64,000 nt of DNA from Eledone cirrhosa. Lineage: Eukaryota. The stretch covers positions 23,994,001 through 24,058,000 of the forward strand of contig OZ024761.1 of assembly GCA_964016885.1 (NCBI GenBank), given 5' to 3'. A program made the position numbers and the translations under genes. Below the pieces are notes generated by a model. The model saw only the letters and a list, made by a program, of their open reading frames with translations. It did not search any database and was not told the origin of the DNA. Below, piece after piece: positions 26,163 to 40,761 of this stretch (positions are counted from its first letter, which is position 1; each line of letters begins with the position of its first letter).

Positions 26163-26557
26163 TATATACGCACCATTTGCTGATTTACGCCGCTCAATAC
26201 AACATGGCGGTGAAGATGTGTGCTGAATATTTTGCTTATTGGCAATTTATTATGAAGCAATTGTTTACTATATAGTTCCATGTTCCCCACAGAGGAGGAA
26301 TCTGCTGCGTATATATATGTACCTATATATCAGCGTATATATATATATATATATATCAGTGTATACATATGCAGACACTGTTTCTTTCTCAAACATATGC
26401 ACACACACATATATATGTATGTATGCATTTATATATATATATATATATATATATATGAATGTATATACAGTGTATTTTGCAATAGACTGTATGCTTAATT
26501 AAAAGCATTTTGAATTCTGGCAATATTACACAAATATGACCCTCCCCAAGTATAACA

Positions 26558-26595
<38 letters not shown>

Positions 26596-26841
26596 CTAGG
26601 GCGGGTAAAATTCCCGAGATCCATGGACAGCGGTCCCTGTCCCTCATTATCGCTGCCATGTCCAGCGTCTCCAACAGTTTCTGCCCTTAGAGCATCAACA
26701 TACGTTAACCTCGGTCTTTCTCTTCCAGTGTGTCCATGTAGGGGCTCCCACAGGAGCACTGAGTGCAATGTCCGCTCTGGATGTCGGTGAGCATGTCCAG
26801 CTAACCTCAGTCTCCTCTGTGTCACTTTTCGAGCTGACTTT
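26596..26841 (-). mobile_element. RTE-like LINE 3' fragment (family 2)
   Basis: TQRRLRLAGHAHRHPE..VLLWEP..RPRLTYVDALR. Homologous to 34630-34900, 56155-56243 and 58559-58914. Confidence 0.85.
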
Positions 26842-26995
26842 ATATATATATATATATATATATAAATATATATATAATAGAATAATCGAGTATCGGAAAA
26901 TCAGCTCACGAATTAACGATAAACAATATCCGATATGAGTGGCAGAGGGCTCAATAATTTGGATAAATCAGAGCTATATATATATATATATATAT

Positions 26996-27318
26996 AACTG
27001 TTTCTACTTCAGGCACAAGGCCAGCAATTAACCAGTGCATTGCTGGTACTTTATTTTATCGACCCCGTAAGGATGAAAGGCAAAGTCAACCTTGGCGGGA
27101 TTTGAACTGAGATATATATATATATATATAACTGTTTCTACTTTAGGCACAAGGCCAGCAATCACCCAGTGCATTACTGGTACTTTATTTTATCGACCCC
27201 GTAAGGATGAAAGGCAAAGTTAACCTCGGCGGAATTTGAACTCAGATCGTAAAGGGACGTAACTATGCTGGAAAGCATGGCGTCCGACCCTCTACCGATA
27301 CTGCCAATCCACCGCCCC
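26996..27318 (-). mobile_element. Two SINE family 1 copies (one truncated, one full length)
   Basis: Reverse complement of the SINE consensus. The copies are separated by (TA)n at about 27112-27130. Confidence 0.9.
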
Positions 27319-27682
27319 TATATATATATATATAACGGCGATGAATTAGCTTTACGATCGTTTTGATATGAAATCGTGTGTCGAAACATATTGTTATACT
27401 TGGGGAGGGTCATATTTGTGTAATATTGCCAGAATTAATAACAGAAAACACTCACTGTTTGGTTGGTTTTCGCTTCTGTGTCTTTTATATCAGTTAATTT
27501 AATTTATTCGGTCCTCGATGTTATCATTGACTGACCAACGGTCAAAAATACACAGAAGTGTTTTTTTTTGTTTTTAAATTGTGTTGCTAGAATTACCAGA
27601 GAGGGAGTTCGAACGGTGTAGTGTGTTTAGCTGGTGTATATTGGTGTATAGCAATATATAAAGCCGCGCTATAGAGAAGGTG

Positions 27683-27801
27683 TATGTGTCTGTGTGTCAG
27701 TGTGTGTGCCTGTGTGTGTTGTGGGTGGTTTTCTGTAAATTGTGTTGCTAGAATTTGTGTGTTATTTTGTGTATGTGCCTGTGTTATTGTGTGTATGTGC
27801 C

Positions 27802-27833
<32 letters not shown>

Positions 27834-28393
27834 TGCCTTTTGTGTGTTGTGGGTGGTTTTCTTTACACTGTGTTGCTAGAATGTGTGTGTTATTGTGTAT
27901 GTGTGTGTGTGTGCCTGTGTATGTATGTATGTGTGTGCCTGTGTGTGTGTGTTGTGGGTGGTTTTCTTTAAATTGTGTTGCTAGAATTTGTGTGTTATTG
28001 TGTGTATGTGCCTGTGTGTGTGTATGTGTGTGCCTGTGTGTGTGTGTATGTGTGTGCCTGTGTGTATGTGTATGTGTGTGCCTGTGTGTATGTGTATGTG
28101 TGTGCCTCTGTGTGTGTCTCTGTGTGTGTGTGTATGTGTGTGCCTGTGTGTGTGTGTATGTGTGTGCCTGTGTGTCTGTGTATGTGTGTGCCTGTGTGTA
28201 TGTGTATGTGTGTGCCTCTGTGTGTGTCTCTGTGTGTGTGTGTATGTGTGTGCCTGTGTGTGTGTGTATGTGTGTGCCTGTGCGTGTGTGTGTATGAGTG
28301 TGCCTGTGTGTGTGTGTATGAGTGTGCCTGTGTGTGTGTGTATGTGTGTGCCTGTGTGTGTTGTGGGTGGTTTTCTTTAAATTGTGTTGCTAA
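27683..28393. repeat. (TG)-derived minisatellite (GTGCCTGTGTGTGTGTAT) with a recurring GTTGTGGGTGGTTTTCT..ATTGTGTTGCTAGAA unit
   Basis: Read directly. Confidence 0.88.
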
Positions 28394-28542
28394 ATTTTCA
28401 AGTTTACTCATTTAATGAAACGTAGAAGTGTAGCGAGTGTTCCGCTGGGAGAGAGACAGCCAATGAAACCTGGCCTTATATATAATGGAAGACTGTGAAA
28501 ACTAGAGACAACACACTAACGATGTGTGATGCGCATTTTTGT

Positions 28543-29986
28543 GCCACCACCACTACTGCTACTACCACTACTTCTACCATCACCACTACTGTTGCCACGA
28601 CTACTGCTACTACCACTGCTACCACTACTTCTTCTACCATTACTACTACTGCCACTGCTACCACTACTACTACCACCACCACCACACCACCACTGTTACC
28701 ACCACTACTGCCACCACCACTGCTACTACCACTGCTACCACTACTACTACCACCACATCTGCCACTGCTACCACTACTACTGCCACCACTACCACTGCTA
28801 CCACTGCTGCCAACACTACAACTGCCACCACCACTATTACTACCATCACTGCTACTACCACCGCTACCACTACTGCCACCACCACCGCTACCACTACTAC
28901 TACCACTACTATTACCACCACAGCTACCACTACTACTGCCACCGCAACTACTGCCACCACCACTACCACCACCATCACCACCACTACTACCACCAACATC
29001 ACCACCATCACCAACACCACACTAGATGGGACTTCACCACTCCAAATCACACGACACGACACCATACTACACTACACTACACTACACTACACTACACTAC
29101 ACTACACTAGACCACACCACACTACACTACACTACACTACACTACACTACACTACACTACACCACACTACACCACACTACACTACACTACACTACACTAC
29201 ACTACACTACACTACACTACACTACACTACACTACACTACACTACACTACACTACACCACACCACACCACACCACACTACACTACACTACACTACACTAC
29301 ACTACACTACACAATACTACATCACACCACACTACACCACACTACACTACACTACACTACACTACACTACACTACACTACACTACACTACACTACACTAC
29401 ACTACACTACACTACACTACACTACACTACACTACACTACACTACACTACACTACACTACACTACACTACACTACACCACACCACACTACACTACACTAC
29501 ACTACACTAGACCACACTACACTACACTACACTACACTACACTACACTACACTACACTACACTACACTACACTACACTACACTACACTACATCACACCAC
29601 ACTACACTACACTACACTACACTACACTACACTACACTACACTACACAATACTACATCACACCACACTACACCACACTACACTACACTACACTACACTAC
29701 ACTACACTACACTACACCACACCACACCACACCACACCACACTACACTACACTACACTACACTACACTACACTACACTACACTACACTACACCACACCAC
29801 ACCACACCACACCACACCACACCACACCACACCACACTACACTACACTACATCACACCACACTACACTACACTACACTACACTACACAATACCACACCAG
29901 ACCACACCACGCTACGCTACACAATACCACACCAGACCACACCACGCTACGCTACGCTACACCACACTACACCACACTACACCAAA
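28543..29986. repeat. (ACC/ACT)n followed by (ACTAC)n pentanucleotide array
   Basis: Read directly. Confidence 0.95.
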
Positions 29987-30150
29987 CGTATGTGTGTGTA
30001 TATATATATATATGACCAGGCTGTCACATCAGGATTTTACCGGTTTCAGAGCTTAATGTAACGATGTGTATATTCAACCCGATACACAGTTTTATTTACC
30101 TGTCTACCTATAGTATATATATAATCCCAAATTTGAGATTTTGGCTGAAG

Positions 30151-30223
<73 letters not shown>

Positions 30224-30224
30224 A

Positions 30225-30395
30225 ATAATTGTTTCTACTATTGGCACAAGGCCAGAAATTACACAGTACATTACTGGTACTTTATTTTATCGACCCCGTA
30301 AGGATGAAAGGCAAAGTTAACCTCGGCGGGATTTGAACTCAGAATGGCAAGGGCCGTAACTCTATGCGTCAAAGCATGGCGTCCGACACTGCCAA
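30225..30395 (-). mobile_element. SINE family 1
   Basis: Reverse complement of the consensus. Confidence 0.88.
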
Positions 30396-30459
30396 TAATA
30401 ATAATAATAATTTCAGAAGATCCCGTTAAGGGTGAAAGCATATATATATTTATTACATG

Positions 30460-30490
<31 letters not shown>

Positions 30491-30642
30491 TTATTTGTAT
30501 GTATATATAGATATACATATACCACCACCATCACAACACAAACACCACCACAACAGCCACAACAGCCACAACAACAACAACAGCAACCACCACCACACAT
30601 CATTGTTATATATATGTATATATATATATATATATGCTTATG

Positions 30643-30676
<34 letters not shown>

Positions 30677-30842
30677 TATATGCTTAGATATATGTATATA
30701 TATATATATATATGCTTATGTATATATGTATATATATATATATATATGCTTATGTATATATGTATATATATATATATGTATTTATATATATATGTATATA
30801 TATGCGTGTGTGTGCGCTGCTGCTGCTGTTACCACCACCACA

Positions 30843-30915
<73 letters not shown>

Positions 30916-31479
30916 ACCCACTCCCCTTCAGAAATTACCATCTCATAATGAGATAAGGTAGATATTTTTTTTTTCTAATTGTCTTCTGTGTTGTGAGAGA
31001 CAATGGCGGAGGGGGGAGGGGGGGTCTTGGTTTGCCGCTGGTGGTGGTGGTGGTGGTGGTGGTGGTGGCGGTGGAGTGTGGTGGTGGCGCTGGTGGTGGT
31101 GGTGGTGGTGGTGGAGTGCCTTGGTGGTGGTGGTGGCGGTGGTGGTGATGGTCGTGGTGGAGTGCGGTGGAGTGTGGTGGTGGCGGCGGCGGTGGTGGCT
31201 GCCAGTGGAGCGTGGTGGTGGTGGTGGTGGTGGGGGAGGAGATCTACCGCGTATGATAGCGATCTTTGTGGTTTCTCTCTGGAGTCCTACACGCGAAATG
31301 GCGGCCTCGGGCGGCAGCAATCTTTGTGGTTGTGTTCTGTGGTGGTGTTCTACCTTTTGTCTGTCGTCATAATAATAATTAGTACTACAACAACAATAAA
31401 TGGTGGCGGTGGTGGCGCTGGTGGTGGTTGTTGTGGTTGTTGTGGTGGTGTTTGTGGGGTTAGTGGGGTTAGTGTTTGT

Positions 31480-32665
31480 GATGGCGGCGGTGATGGTGGT
31501 TGTGAAGGTGGTGGTGGTTGTGATGGTAGTTCTGATGGTTGTGTTTGTGGTCGTGATGGTAGTTGTGATGGTTGTGTTTGTGGTTGTGTGTGTGTGGTTG
31601 TGATGGTAGTTGTGATGGTTGTGTTTGTGGTTGTGATGGTAGTTGTGATGGTTGTGTGTGTGATTGTGATGGTGGTGTGATGGTTGTGTTTGTGGTTGTG
31701 ATGGTGGTGTGATGGTTGTGATGGTAGTTGTGATGGTTGTGTTTGTGGTTGTGATGGTAGTTGTGATGGTTGTGTTTGTGGTTGTGATGGTTGTTGTGAT
31801 GGTTGTGTTTGTGGCTGTGATGGTAGTTGTGATGGTTGTGTTTGTGGTTGTGATGGTTGTGATGGTAGTTGTGATGGTTGTGTTTGTGGTTGTGATGGTT
31901 GTTGTGATGGTTGTGTTTGTGGTTGTGATGGTGGTATGATGGTTGTGTTTGTGGTTGTGATGGTTGTTGTGATGGTTGTGTTTGTGGTTGTGATGGTTGT
32001 TGTGATGGTTGTGTTTGTGGTTGTGATGGTTGTTGTGATGGTTGTGTTTGTGGTTGTGATGGTAGTTGTGATGGTTGTGTTTGTGGTTGTGATGGTGGTG
32101 TGATGGTTGTTTTGTGGTTGTGATGGTATTTGTGGTTGTGCGTGTGTGGTTGTGATGGTAGTTGTGATGGTTGTATTTGTGGTTGTGTTTGTGGTTGTGT
32201 TTGTGGTCGTGATGGTAGTTGTGATGGTTGTGTTTGTGGTTGTGATGGTTGTTGTGATGGTTGTGTTTGTGGTTGTGATGGTGGTGTGATGGTTGTGTTT
32301 GTGGTTGTGATGGTTGTTGTGATGGTTGTGTTTGTGGTTGTGATGGTTGTTGTGATGGTTGTGTTTGTGGTTGTGATGGTAGTTGTGATGGTTGTGTTTG
32401 TGGTTGTGATGGTGGTGTGATGGTTGTTTTGTAGTTGTGATGGTATTTGTGGTTGTGCGTGTGTGGTTGTGATGGTTGTATTTGTGGTTGTGTTTGTGGT
32501 TGTGTTTGTGGTCGTGATGGTAGTTGTGATGGTTGTGTTTGTGGTTGTGATGGTAGTTGAGATGGTAAATGAGGTGGTTGTTGTGATGGTAGTTGAGAGG
32601 GTAAATGAGGTGGTGGTGGTGGTGGTGGTGGTGGTGGTGGTGGTGGTAGTTGTGATGGTGGTTGT
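31480..32665. repeat. Minisatellite GTTGTGATGGTTGTGTTTGTG-type
   Basis: Read directly. Confidence 0.92.
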
Positions 32666-33423
32666 GAGGATGTGGATGTCAATGACGGTGATTGAGTTGA
32701 GTCTGTGGTGAATTACATACAGTGGTATTGGTTTAGGTGGCGGTGGTGGTGGTGGTGGGTGTGGGGTGGTGGTGGTGGGTGTGGGGTGGTGATGTGTTAT
32801 TAAGGACTTCACAACCCCCACACACACACAACAACAACAACAACAACGACAACAATAATAATAATAATAATAATAATAATGATTATAATAATGATAATAA
32901 TTTATAATAATAATAAACAACGATAATTATGATGAAAATGATAATAAACAGAAAATTGATGATAATGATGGTGATGATGATGATGGTGATGTTGATGGTG
33001 ATGAACATGATGGTGATGATGATGATGGTGATGGCGGTGACGACGACGATGATGATGATGTATTGATGATAATGATGATGATGATGGTGATGACAACAAC
33101 GATGATGATGATGATGATGATGATGATGGTGATGATGGTGATGATGATGATGATATTAATGATGCTGGTTAATCGGTCTAAGCACGTTGATGGCTACATG
33201 GGTAGGCGAGGGTATGGCGGGAAGGGTTTGTCAAGGTAGAGGCAGGTATGGCGGTGGTGCAGGCCTAATTTTCCTCTCCCCATTATGAGGCTAATTACCA
33301 CCGTGGGGCTCTCCACAGAATTAGTGTGTGGAGTGAGATATGATATTAGAATTAGGTATTGGGTTGAGAATCCCCTTTTTATCTCTACCTATGTATGTAT
33401 AATTATATATGTTTGTATGCATG

Positions 33424-33454
<31 letters not shown>

Positions 33455-33589
33455 TTGTGTGTGTGTTTGTGTGTATGTATGTGTATGTGTGTGTGTATGC
33501 GTGCGTGTGTGTATATATATATATATATATATAAACCATAGTTTGTTGATTGCTTGGATCAACCAACACTGATTGTTAATATACATACA

Positions 33590-33630
<41 letters not shown>

Positions 33631-33639
33631 GTGTGTGTG

Positions 33640-33708
<69 letters not shown>

Positions 33709-33825
33709 GTGTGTGTGTATGTGTATGTATATATATATATACACATACATACACAGACACATACACACATACATGCATGCTTATAAGGTTTTATACTTAT
33801 AAATGTATATAAATATATATATAAT

Positions 33826-33906
<81 letters not shown>

Positions 33907-33920
33907 TGTGTATGTATATT

Positions 33921-33985
<65 letters not shown>

Positions 33986-34289
33986 TATATACATCAACAT
34001 ACGATGGCTTTCTGTAGTTTCTTCTACTATCTACAAGACATTAATCGACTTGAAACCATAGTAAAAGCAGAAAGAAAAAAACTTGTCCAAGATGTCGCAC
34101 AACGACATTCAACATTCAGATCTGACTGGTTGCACAGTGTGGGTTCTCCTGCTAATACCGCAATTTATTCAAATTCTCGTTCTTTCTCGTGTGGTTTACT
34201 TTTCTATCCGTTAAACCTCCTCCTCCCCCTCCACCTCCTCCAATAATAGTTGTTGTATTAGATGTAGTAGTGATGGTATTATTTGCATC

Positions 34290-34622
34290 ATCGATGAGCG
34301 CAGAGCGACGAAATCGTTCTGCACGCACTCGTCCAGTGTCCGTGCATTACTGACTTGTGGAGTTATGTCGAACAGTTACTGTCGCGTGTTGAACGGATCC
34401 GGCTCTCAGCCGAGTCCATAGTGAAGATCGACCCACCGCCTTCTTTTGGCCAGGAACGGCAGGCAATTTTCCTCTGTCCGGTGGCAGTAGCGAAAGAGGT
34501 TGTATGGTGGAGGAGGTTGAAAGGACTGAAGACAGACATTTTTCTCGTCGGCCAATCCCTCATCAACCTTTTCAAGTTTCACTTGGGAAGGAAGCTGAGG
34601 GTGGAGAGAGAAGTGCTGCCCC
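34290..34622 (+). pseudogene. Tx1-like ORF2 C-terminal fragment
   Basis: HALVQCP..DLWSYVEQLLSRVERIRLSAESIVKIDPPPSF..AIFLC..KEVVWWRRLKGL aligns with ORF2 HALVQCPGVADLWGYAEQLLSRVAPIKLTAESVMTIKPPPLF..KEVVWWTRLKGL. Confidence 0.9.
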
Positions 34623-34629
34623 CCCTCCC

Positions 34630-34900
34630 CCAAGTCAGCTCGAGAGTGACACAGAGGAAACTGAGGTTAGCTGGACATGCTCACCGACATCCAGAGTTGA
34701 CACTGCACCCAGTGCTCCTGTGGGAGCCCCTGCTTAGACGCCGCACTGGAAGAGGAAAACCAAGGTTAACATATGTTAATGCTCTAAGGACAGACACTGG
34801 TCTTATGGAAACGCAGGACATGGCAGCGATAAAGAGGGACGGAGACCGTTGGAGAGAGCTCGTCCATGGATCTCGGGAATTTTACCCATCCTAGATAGAT
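34630..34900 (+). mobile_element. RTE-like LINE 3' fragment (family 2) with (TAGA)n tail
   Basis: QVSSRVTQRKLRLAGHAHRHPELTLHPVLLWEP..GRGKPRLTYVNALRTDTGL..RWRELV, then stop and TAGATAGATAGA. Confidence 0.88.
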
Positions 34901-34905
34901 AGATA

Positions 34906-34940
<35 letters not shown>

Positions 34941-34945
34941 GCGTG

Positions 34946-35002
<57 letters not shown>

Positions 35003-35159
35003 GTGTGTGTGTGTAAAATTGAAGTTTCCATTTCTAGAAAGATAAATATGTAATATAAAGTGGAATAATAAAGCAGAGAAAGTCAATCGTTCAGGGTTGC
35101 ATCTACTACAATATCCTTTCGTAAATTTCAAATACTTTCTGCATGGATCGTCTTCAAAT

Positions 35160-35225
35160 CAAAAATGGCGGAGATGCATCGCTCTTTTGATTGGTTCATT
35201 TCCGTTTCCGGTCCGTTTCCGGTAC
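35160..35225. promoter_or_regulatory. Promoter-like motif cluster (YY1, CCAAT, 2 x ETS)
   Basis: AAAATGGCGG at 35162-35171, ATTGG at 35190-35194, TTCCGG at 35206-35211 and 35217-35222, all within 65 bp of unique sequence. Confidence 0.4.
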
Positions 35226-35282
35226 AAATATAACGTGTTATTAATATGAAAGTGAAACTAGATTGAAGCTACATAGATTACC

Positions 35283-35327
<45 letters not shown>

Positions 35328-35352
35328 CTCACACACACATATATATACTTAT

Positions 35353-35406
<54 letters not shown>

Positions 35407-35430
35407 TAAAGTTAGTCCTTCATCAGTGAT

Positions 35431-35481
<51 letters not shown>

Positions 35482-35528
35482 CATACATATATATATTTAT
35501 AATATATATGTACATATATATGTATATA

Positions 35529-35622
<94 letters not shown>

Positions 35623-35837
35623 TACATATATATATATATATACACACATAAATCTCAAGCATTTGTAGGTTTTACAAGTGAAATTGTTAAAACACAAACA
35701 CAACAACGTGAACTAGGCAATTATTGTTTTATTCCCCTGTTTTACACAGTTTTGTTGTTTTATTTAGATCTGTTTAACCGATCTTCACTGTCGCAGCTTC
35801 CCCTCCTCGGTTATTTCCCGTCATTATTACCTCTTTA

Positions 35838-36227
35838 CGGTGGTTTGGCAGTATCGGTAGAGGGTCGGACGCCATGCTTTGACGCATAGAGTTACGGCCC
35901 TTGCCATTCTGAGTTCAAATTCCGCCGAGGTTAACTTTGTCTTTCATCCTTACTGAGGTCGATAAAATAAAGTACCAGTAATGCACTGAGATAATTGCTG
36001 GCCTTGTGCCAAAAGTAGAAATAATTATTACCTCTTTACGGTGGTTTGGCAGTAGCGGTAGAGGGTCGGACGCCATGCTTTGACGCATAGAGTTACGGCC
36101 CTTGCCATTCTGAGTTCAAATTCCGCCGAGGTTAACTTTGCCTTTCATCCTTACGGGGTCGATAAAATAAAGTACCAGTAATGTACTGGGATAATTGCCT
36201 GCCTTGTGCCAATAGTAGAAACAATTA
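35838..36227 (+). mobile_element. Tandem pair of SINE family 1
   Basis: Two near-identical ~200-bp units, each flanked by ATTACCTCTTTAC or ACTACCTCTTTAC. Confidence 0.9.
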
Positions 36228-36794
36228 CTACCTCTTTACTGCTAGATAAATAAACTCTCACAGATACTGCTTTGTAGTTTTCTTCAAACTCTAGTTAAGA
36301 TTATTTCTGAGTTTTATAGCCTTGATATTGGGTGGTAGACTTGGCTGGTAGACATCATCTCTCTATATACTATTATATTGTCACGGTAAAAGCTTTATCT
36401 CACATAATATCGAATCTATGAGATTTTGATATTATTTATTTTGAGAACAATACCTTAACATCAGTATGAGTGACTAGTTACGGTCAGTTTGAGCAGAAAG
36501 AGGTGAGATATTTCTGACTGGATATGGTCGGTTTAAATGCTAAGGGGTTAATATCAACACCTTCTCCTTTGAATACATTTAGTAGAGGTCACTTTGATGC
36601 AAGCGTTGAGGGCAAGGTCTCTGGTTGGAGGTTAGCTCCCCACCATAACTGTATAATTTGTGTTTTATTGGTAGGAACAAGGTTTTGGGTAACTTAGTGC
36701 TACGATACATTATAAAAGTTAACTGGGTTCAAATCCTTGATTAATAGCTGGTTCTATTGTTACTAGGATTCAACATACTGACTCGTATATGTGT

Positions 36795-36859
<65 letters not shown>

Positions 36860-36963
36860 TATAGTAGTAGTAGTTGCAGCAGTAGTAACAGCAGTTGTAG
36901 TAGTAGTACATGTATTTGTAGTAGTAGTAGTAGTAGTAGAAGTAGTAATAGTAGTAGTAGTTA

Positions 36964-37015
<52 letters not shown>

Positions 37016-37234
37016 TATAGTAGTAGTAGTAGCAGCAGTTGTAGTAGGAGTACATGTATTTGTTGTAGTAGTAGTAGTAGCAGCAGAAGTAGTAGTAGTA
37101 GTAGTAGTAGCAGTAGTAGTAGCAGTAGTAGTAGTTATAATAGTAGTAGTAGCAGCACTAGTAATAGCAGTAGTAGTAGTAGTAGCAGTAGTAGTAGTTA
37201 TAATAGTAGTAGTAGTAGCAGCAGTAATAGTAGT
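36795..37234. repeat. (AGT)n repeat
   Basis: Read directly. Confidence 0.95.
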
Positions 37235-38562
37235 ATAAACGCCAACCACTGTTTTACGATAGATTATTTTTACCACCCTCTTCCTTTTACACACACACAC
37301 ATACACACACATACATACACACACACATACACATACACTAACAGCGTACCAAATATAACTACCACCCCCATCTTTCCTTCCTTTTACATACACATACACT
37401 CACAGAAACACACACACTGTGTACGGACGGACGGAAGTCGCTGAAATATATATATATAGATTATCTGGACGACTCGTCGTCGTAAACGGCGGAGATCCTC
37501 GACTATTATCTGCTTTATTACTTAACAATATAGATTAGGTGTGTATAATATAGTCATCATATAATACAATAGACAGTTAAGTACCCAGGAGAGGTTCTAA
37601 TGCTGTCAAAGACAGAAAGTTATATTGTAAGCCCTAAGTCATTCTAATATAATACCTAATTTTAAATGGATAACATTATTGCATTCATACTATACGACAC
37701 ACACACACACACATATATATATACATATATATATATATACATATATAAATATATATATACATATATATATATATAGACACACACACGTACACACACACAC
37801 ACTCTCACAAATATCTTTTCACAAAACGGCTGACAATTACAATATATTAACCACTCCCTAACTACCATCACCACCACCACTACACCACCACGACAACACA
37901 ACACCAACAACAACAACACATGAGGTAATTTAGCTGTGACATGGAATAACGGTATAATGGAATCATAATAAAATAATAGATGATTAGAATATTAGAATAT
38001 TAGAATATTGGAATATTGGAATAGTTTTGTAAAAGAAGACAAGAAGAAAATAAAATGACGAACTGCTCGGGAAATGAATTTTTGTGAATTCATCTTGGAA
38101 ACGTTTGTTTGAAGTTTGAAAAACTGTTAAAGATAGATATAAAGATAAGGTGGTGGTGGTGGTGTGGTGGTGGTAAGGTGGTGGTGTGGTGGTGTAGTGG
38201 TGTGGTGGTGTGGTGGTGTGGTAGTGGTGGTGGTGTAATGGTAGTGGTGTTGATGGTGGTGGTGTGGTGGTGGTTTTGGTGGTGGTGTGGTGGCGGTGTG
38301 GTGGCGGTGTGGTTGTGGTGTTGGTGACGAATAAGCGGCCATCGTAGAATGAAATTTGAAGCTAGGCAAGACGAATGTGAGAAGATGTACGTAGAATAAT
38401 TGATGTTGCCGAGCGGGAAATACCGAAAATGAACGAAAGATTACGGAAAATGACGGAGAATGCCTTACAGCGAGATGGGATTAAAAAATGAAACTTCCAG
38501 CTTTGCCTCTTAGTAACATGGATGGGGAGTGGTATTGTAGAGTGTGTCCGTATATATATATA

Positions 38563-38789
38563 TATTAAAATAACAGATTAAAGTTTAAGCAAAGAATCGC
38601 TGCTTTCACCCTTAACGGGATTTTCTGAAAGAGTTTCAGAAGATCCCGTTAAGGGTGAAAGCAGCGATTCTTTGCTTAAACTTTAATCTGTTATTTTAAT
38701 AAATATTTGCTCTACGGTTCTTATATATTTGATATATATTTATCCTTATCGAGCCCTCTTTGGATTTTAGTCTTCAAATATATTATTAT

Positions 38790-38790
<1 letters not shown>
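38563..38790. mobile_element. Fold-back element between (TA)n runs (family B), degenerate hammerhead-like core
   Basis: 68-bp arms at 38563-38630 and 38634-38701 with one mismatch. The right arm has CAGAAGA-TCCC gttaa GGGT-GAAA, and the same ~30-mer recurs at 30411-30440. Confidence 0.6.
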
Positions 38791-38830
<40 letters not shown>

Positions 38831-39047
38831 CAAACGGACAAAGCGGGCGTTATAATAAACGTCCGCTAAACTGATACGTACATATAGATATGTGTACCTG
38901 TATGTATATATGTATATATATATATATATATATGCATGCTACTGTACGTCTGTATACATATATGTATGTACGTATACATACATACTTACATTTAAGTAAG
39001 TGCCGTACTAAGAGTGAGAAATGAAATTTCATTTCATTATATTACAA

Positions 39048-39116
<69 letters not shown>

Positions 39117-39244
39117 CTGAGGGTTTTTTTACAAAATGAAAAATAACCGAGGTGTCCTACACGAGTGAAAGTATAAAGAAAAAAAGATGAAATGGAAAAT
39201 GCAACTGGAGTCTTATTTAAAAATATATATATATATTTGTTTGG

Positions 39245-39286
39245 TTCCTTTACCGGTTTCGCAGTTCTTCTGCTTTTCAAAAGTAG
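39245..39286 (-). ncRNA. Minimal type I hammerhead ribozyme with U3-A8 core variant (family F, copy 1)
   Basis: Reverse complement reads CTT-TTGAAAA-GCAG aagaa CTGC-GAAA-CCGG-TA|AAG. It lies in a 39111-39322 element repeated at about 55890-56024. Confidence 0.68.
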
Positions 39287-39320
39287 AGTTGAGATGGAGG
39301 GTCTGTGGTTTTTCTTACAT

Positions 39321-39385
<65 letters not shown>

Positions 39386-39386
<1 letters not shown>

Positions 39387-39557
39387 AGTTATTCCGGGTT
39401 GAATCAGAGGTAACCACCGTAAGTAAGGTACTCAATACATTGCAGAGTATAACAGATTTAATATACAAGAGCTTCTACAGGACTAGAACTATTTCATTCG
39501 TGAGAAATCATCACTCACGAATGAAACAGTTCTAGCCCTGTAGAAGCTCTTCTATAT

Positions 39558-39560
<3 letters not shown>
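39386..39560 (-). mobile_element. Hammerhead-bearing fold-back element, family D
   Basis: Reverse complement reads (g)TGATGA-TTTC tcac GAAT-GAAA-TAGTTCTA-GTC|CTGTAGAAG...ATTGAGTAC. Inverted arm at 39514-39558. Homologues at 53500-53655 and 58350-58518. Confidence 0.72.
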
Positions 39561-39602
<42 letters not shown>

Positions 39603-39744
39603 TAGAAGGGGTATTTAATTTGTTGGAAGTCTGACAAATATAAATGTTTATAACTGATTTAGAGCACTCAACAAGTTACTGGAATAAATATTCAGTGATG
39701 TTAAATAAATGGAAACTATATTTATAAAACCATATTTATTTATT

Positions 39745-39808
39745 TATTTTATTATATATATTTCAAGGGTACCAAGACAACATTGGTACGCTTTCATCAG
39801 ATAAAATA
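39745..39808 (-). ncRNA. Minimal type I hammerhead ribozyme (family A)
   Basis: Reverse complement reads TATTTTAT-CTGATGA-AAGCGTACCAA tgttgtc TTGGTACCCTT-GAAA-TATATA-TA|ATAAAATA. Confidence 0.87.
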
Positions 39809-39892
39809 CAAAGTTTGTTTTATAAATAGAGACAGACTATCCAGTGAATTTCCAACCGATAAGGTATGTCTCTATTTATAAAACAAACTTTG

Positions 39893-39956
39893 TATTTTAT
39901 CTGATGAAAGCGTACCAATGTTATCTTGGTATCCTTGAAATATATATAATAAAATA
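39893..39956 (+). ncRNA. Minimal type I hammerhead ribozyme (family A)
   Basis: TATTTTAT-CTGATGA(39901-39907)-AAGCGTACCAA tgttatc TTGGTATCCTT-GAAA(39937-39940)-TATATA-TA|ATAAAATA. Confidence 0.87.
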
Positions 39957-39995
39957 AATATGGTTTTATAAATATAGTTTCCATTTATTTAACAT

Positions 39996-40066
<71 letters not shown>

Positions 40067-40257
40067 GGTTTGAGGTTCAATACTGGATAGAGCTGGTCAA
40101 TTCCGTATGGTCAATCTTAATGTAATAATATGGAGAGTACTCAACGTAAAGCAGTTCAACGGTCTTCGTTTTTGTAGTTGGTGGTGCTAGTACGGAGTTA
40201 AATATTATAATGAAGCTACAGGAGGCTGGACTTGTGTAAATCCTTGAAAGGGTTATT

Positions 40258-40315
40258 ATACTATGATCATTTCAATGACCGGGTTCCGTATGAATCCGGT
40301 GACATCATCAGGTAT
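40258..40315 (-). ncRNA. Minimal type I hammerhead ribozyme (family H)
   Basis: Reverse complement reads ATAC-CTGATGA-TGTCACCGGATTC atacg GAACCCGGTCATT-GAAA-TGATCA-TA|GTAT. Palindromic stem III TGATCA. The element (about 40063-40395) is flanked by (TA)n. Confidence 0.78.
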
Positions 40316-40416
40316 TCGAAATATAATAAATGAATGTAATAGATAAAATCCATGGGGCTGAAAATCAAAGACCGGAGGACGACCGCCATCTAGCATATAT
40401 ATTTATATATATATAT

Positions 40417-40761
<345 letters not shown>

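Larger units (their letters stand above)
39602..40000. mobile_element. Family A fold-back element with two divergent hammerheads, flanked by (TA)n
   Basis: Inverted arms at about 39695-39833 and 39867-40000. The left extension is homologous to 17395-17505 and 56430-56522. Confidence 0.78.

Noticed and set aside
28455-28495. CCAAT followed by TATATAA
   Set aside because: TATA-like words are ubiquitous here and no downstream gene is evident.
30015-30075. Minus-strand GAAA-CCGG-TA with nearby CTGATGT
   Set aside because: No stem II or correctly placed core could be drawn.
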